NCBI GenBank assembly: GCA_964508365.1
Contig: CAZDTP010000089.1
Coordinates: forward strand, 1-11,736
Direction of reading: 5' to 3'
Source: an uncultured archaeon
GTDB lineage: Archaea; Asgardarchaeota; Lokiarchaeia; Sigyniarchaeales; SOKP01
DNA length: 11,736 nt
Under the pieces are notes generated by a model, which had not been told where the DNA came from, ran no database searches, and saw only the letters and a list, made by a program, of their open reading frames with translations. Numbering within the stretch: the first letter of the stretch is position 1; each line of letters opens with the position of its first letter. Below, one piece after another: positions 9,601-11,736 of this stretch. Made by a program: the position numbers and the translations under genes.

Positions 9601-11736
9601 AGGATAAAGTCTACACTGGACCTATGAGTGGCTATTATCCTGCAATACATGGATTTGAGTGTGACGAAAACGATAATTTTCCGAAAGGATGGACTGATAA
9701 TTCTGGTGCTAATGGATATGCTAAAGTTATTGATGGAATTGGTGGACATAATAAAGTTTTAGAATGCTATAGCAGTTCGTCAGACGATTCTCGAGTCGAT
9801 TCAAGTATCTTTTTTGATTCTCAAGAGCATGGCTCAATTGAATTCTGGTGGTACAAATCTTCAAGTTATACCTCGGCAGCAATTGTAGATTTCTGGGGAG
9901 AAACTCCGGGTGCGTGTATCTCAATTAGGGTAGATCATTGGCCTAGTGCTGATAATAATCAAGTTCAGTATCAAACTGGTGCTGGTTATTTAGATACGGG
10001 ATATCCCTATTATGCTGATAATAAATGGATGCATTTCCGTATAGATTTTAATTGTATTTCGGATACATACAGTCTTTGGATAGATCAAGTAAAATATCTT
10101 GATAATATTGATTTTCTAAACTCAAAAGACGAAACTGGTGTTAATCAAACTCGCTTTGATAGTTATAATGCAGCAAACGCAGTTTTATATTATGTTGACG
10201 CTGTAAGTTTCTCATGGGATATAGATTATAGCGTTGGAGCTAATCTAAATGAAGGATTACTGCTTAGTTTTAAAAATTCAACGGAGCTAGAATGGATAGG
10301 TTATTCATTGGATAGTCAATCGAATAAAACAATTTTAGGAAATACTACAATTCCAATGCCCGAAGATGGAATTCATTCTATTCAAGTATTTGGAAACGAT
10401 TCATTGGGAGATAGGTATCAGTCGGATCTTAGATATTTCACTGTTGATTTTCCAATAGATATTATCACACCAGAAGCAAAAACATATATAAAAGGAATGA
10501 GCGGGTATTATCCCGGAACTTATGGGTTTGAAAATGATAAATATGGCGAACAAGCGCAAGATTGGTGGACTGAAAATGAAGTAAATTGTGATTCCCAAAT
10601 TATACCTTATTATAAAGGACATAATGACGTTTATGAATTATCAGATAACAATCCATCAGATAAAGCAGATATACTTAATACTTTTGAAAATAGGACTTAC
10701 GGAACTATTGAAGCATGGTTTCTTCATCGAGCAACTAGTTACTGGAGTGGTATAAGTATAGACTACCGATATCCTTTTGTAAGTATGATTTCGCTTGATT
10801 TTGTACCAGGAAGTTATTTAACTGTATCCAATGGTTCTACTCAAATCACTGTTCCTGAGTTGGGAACCATGCAAGCAGATACATGGTATCATATTAGATT
10901 TGATTTTAGAATAGCAGGGGCTCCACCATACATGGGATTATCAGATGATTCATTTATGATGTATTTAAATGGAAAAAAAATGAATGAAGAATTACTCCTT
11001 AAAAATATAGGATCTCCTATTAATACAATTAACTTTCGTACAGGATGGAGTGCAGCGGGACCAGATAATTTATTTTATGTAGATGCTGTGGGGTATTCGT
11101 GGGATCCTTATTATACTATTGGAGATAATATGAATGAAGGATTACTACTCAGTTATGAAAATAATACCAATCTTGATTGGCAAGGATATTCCTTAGATGG
11201 ACAAGCTAATGTAACTATTTATGGGAACACTACTATTCCATTACCGGATGTTTGTCAGCACACGATTCAAGTTTTCGCGAACGACTCATTAGGACTGAAC
11301 TACTATTCGAATATTAGATATTTTACGGTAAACACAACTCAATATCCTGATTTAATTGCTCCTGTCATAACAATCAATTTACCGGGGCTAAATACTCTTT
11401 TTGGAAATGATGCTCCTTCTTATGATTTAACGATTATAGAAACAGATTTGAACTCTATCTGGTATACTTTAGATGGAGGGACGGTAAATACTACTATAAC
11501 TGAACCAACCGGAACGATTTCGTTATCAATATGGAGTAATCGTCCAAATGGAACAGTAGATATTAGATTCTATGCTGATGATCTCGCAGGAAATGTTGGA
11601 TTTGAAGACGTGAAAGTTAGAAAAGATACAATAGCGCCACAAATTACGATTATCAGCCCAATTGAAAATCAAGTCTTTTATGATACTGCTCCAAGTTTTG
11701 ATTTAACGATAATTGAGGGGAACCTAGGTGGTATTT
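6654..11736 (+). CDS. Giant secreted/cell-surface repeat protein (3' end outside window): signal peptide, five Ig-like domains each carrying an inserted jelly-roll/lectin-like domain, then plain Ig-like repeats
   Basis: Manual translation of frame +3 from TTG 6654 (alternative ATG 6672) shows no stop through 11735, i.e. 1694 codons. The N-terminus MKKTKKMLIVLGIFIMLNLTVFIP has a basic n-region and a hydrophobic h-region. The five-fold protein repeat stays in frame throughout. The ORF track omits it, presumably because it has no stop in the window. Confidence 0.95.
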   Translation, partial: MKKTKKMLIVLGIFIMLNLTVFIPNNLLNNYDFQDKPTPIHSNGNQILLHTPENITYTSPMSGYYPATFGFEDVPDDSLPSYCYYDAWGTSPDWTNSYTKVIDEKTDSAGNKHNKVLVLNDLSTSSACGSNLNFTEYGSEIARDSTIEFYFCIRTTGSIHYVSRLSLSGNYGPLFTLNFDSWSSLNDPEILFVNSSGQYSTGFYQEWEKWYRYSVDLSCDGGYAGLGANQFRFRIYNDTGTMIYTSYAMDFQIDHLTGGPNRFTMISTESQTQLYEYLDAFSITGLEDSYEIGDNLEEGLLLGYENNTSFDWQGYSLDGQPNKTILGNTTIPFPDIGLHTIQVFANDSLGLNYCSDIRYFTVRSVIHIITPENKTYTEPMSGYYPATFGFEETITGTLPSYCDYAPGGSSPDGPGSYAKVIDGWTDGAGNTHKKVLKMYDRTSSGTTHASLDFTEDGSEIFRNSTIEFWACNTLTGNYYHSYFEIWGDLGNMVSFEWDSGGTTNDPEVRITPATGEFGTGVYHEWNRWYRYSIDISCDGGYAGLGANQFRFRIYNETGDLIYSSADLDLLTAHPTGGPYRYHVLSTETQSDVSHYLDGFGVTGLQDNYITGDNIEEGLLLSFENSTALDWMGYSLDGQEIKTILGNTTFSFPEDGKHSIRVFGNDSLGTEYQSATRHFSTHHISVVTPENKTYIGPMSGYYPATYGFENDEDGTFPNEWVESGQGAYQGKTNVINAKDGHNKVIHMDDDGTTVRTTAGQIFNEEQSSGTIELWTYFTSYPSSSTDIRIENSSGNLLTVIGAWENTWKYRNGTTEITVPLSSINEWFHIRIDFCCVGNYNGLTSQTYNFTIRRSNGSIYYESPTAYFLNYGLGNAARLSITSWQLVVRETWIDAVGYSWDPNYNIGDNLKEGLLLSYENSTALDWQGYSLDGQPVATIFGNTTIRLPEDGSHMIKVFGNDTFGVNYESNIRQFSVHHISIVTPEDKVYTGPMSGYYPAIHGFECDENDNFPKGWTDNSGANGYAKVIDGIGGHNKVLECYSSSSDDSRVDSSIFFDSQEHGSIEFWWYKSSSYTSAAIVDFWGETPGACISIRVDHWPSADNNQVQYQTGAGYLDTGYPYYADNKWMHFRIDFNCISDTYSLWIDQVKYLDNIDFLNSKDETGVNQTRFDSYNAANAVLYYVDAVSFSWDIDYSVGANLNEGLLLSFKNSTELEWIGYSLDSQSNKTILGNTTIPMPEDGIHSIQVFGNDSLGDRYQSDLRYFTVDFPIDIITPEAKTYIKGMSGYYPGTYGFENDKYGEQAQDWWTENEVNCDSQIIPYYKGHNDVYELSDNNPSDKADILNTFENRTYGTIEAWFLHRATSYWSGISIDYRYPFVSMISLDFVPGSYLTVSNGSTQITVPELGTMQADTWYHIRFDFRIAGAPPYMGLSDDSFMMYLNGKKMNEELLLKNIGSPINTINFRTGWSAAGPDNLFYVDAVGYSWDPYYTIGDNMNEGLLLSYENNTNLDWQGYSLDGQANVTIYGNTTIPLPDVCQHTIQVFANDSLGLNYYSNIRYFTVNTTQYPDLIAPVITINLPGLNTLFGNDAPSYDLTIIETDLNSIWYTLDGGTVNTTITEPTGTISLSIWSNRPNGTVDIRFYADDLAGNVGFEDVKVRKDTIAPQITIISPIENQVFYDTAPSFDLTIIEGNLGGI
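6789..11330 (+). repeat. Five tandem intragenic modules
   Basis: The anchor motif MSGYYP starts at 6834, 7791, 8742, 9624 and 10497 (periods of 319, 317, 294 and 291 codons). Each module ends with LLLxY/FxNxTxxxWxGYSLDxQ...GNTT...HxIxVFxNDxxG...RxFxV/T. Confidence 0.95.
11349..11736 (+). repeat. Uninterrupted Ig-like repeats (one complete 92-aa unit, second truncated by window end)
   Basis: DLIAPVITINLP...APSYDLTIIE..LNSIWYTLDGG...IRFYADDLAGN (11349-11624), followed by DTIAPQITIISP...APSFDLTIIEGNL (from 11625). Confidence 0.85.

Noticed and set aside
8380-10622. Six short ORFs (63-86 aa class) listed in the track on both strands
   Set aside because: All lie within the stop-free frame +3 giant ORF and show none of its repeat structure, so they are alternative-frame shadows.
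7638-11330. Possible diversity-generating retroelement template/variable repeat pair (module 1 vs module 5 tails)
   Set aside because: The mismatches are mostly third-position changes and not adenine-specific, both copies are in-frame coding sequence, and there is no reverse transcriptase in the window.
6789-11330. CRISPR array or mobile element as the source of the repeats
   Set aside because: The repeats are about 900-nt coding modules conserved at the protein level. There are no 25-45 bp direct repeats with spacers, no terminal inverted repeats and no transposase.

Overview
AT-rich window with archaeal-type signals (BRE+TATA promoters, GGTGA/GGATGA ribosome-binding motifs, oligo-T tracts). 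A Lokiarchaeia/Asgard origin is my inference, not proven. The left part holds a small membrane protein, an ArsR-like winged-helix regulator, a class I SAM methyltransferase, a KDSR-like short-chain dehydrogenase, a second small membrane protein, a classical SDR and a sialidase (GH33) fused behind five transmembrane helices. The main feature is missing from the supplied ORF track because it has no stop codon in the window: a stop-free + strand frame from a TTG at 6654 to the window end (at least 1694 codons). It encodes a secreted/surface protein with five tandem modules of about 290-320 aa. In each module a variable jelly-roll (lectin/CBM-like) domain is inserted inside a length-conserved Ig-like domain, and uninterrupted Ig-like repeats follow. 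This gene is divergently paired with the membrane sialidase, which suggests a glycan bind-and-release surface system (hypothesis). No rRNA, tRNA, CRISPR array or mobile element was recognised.
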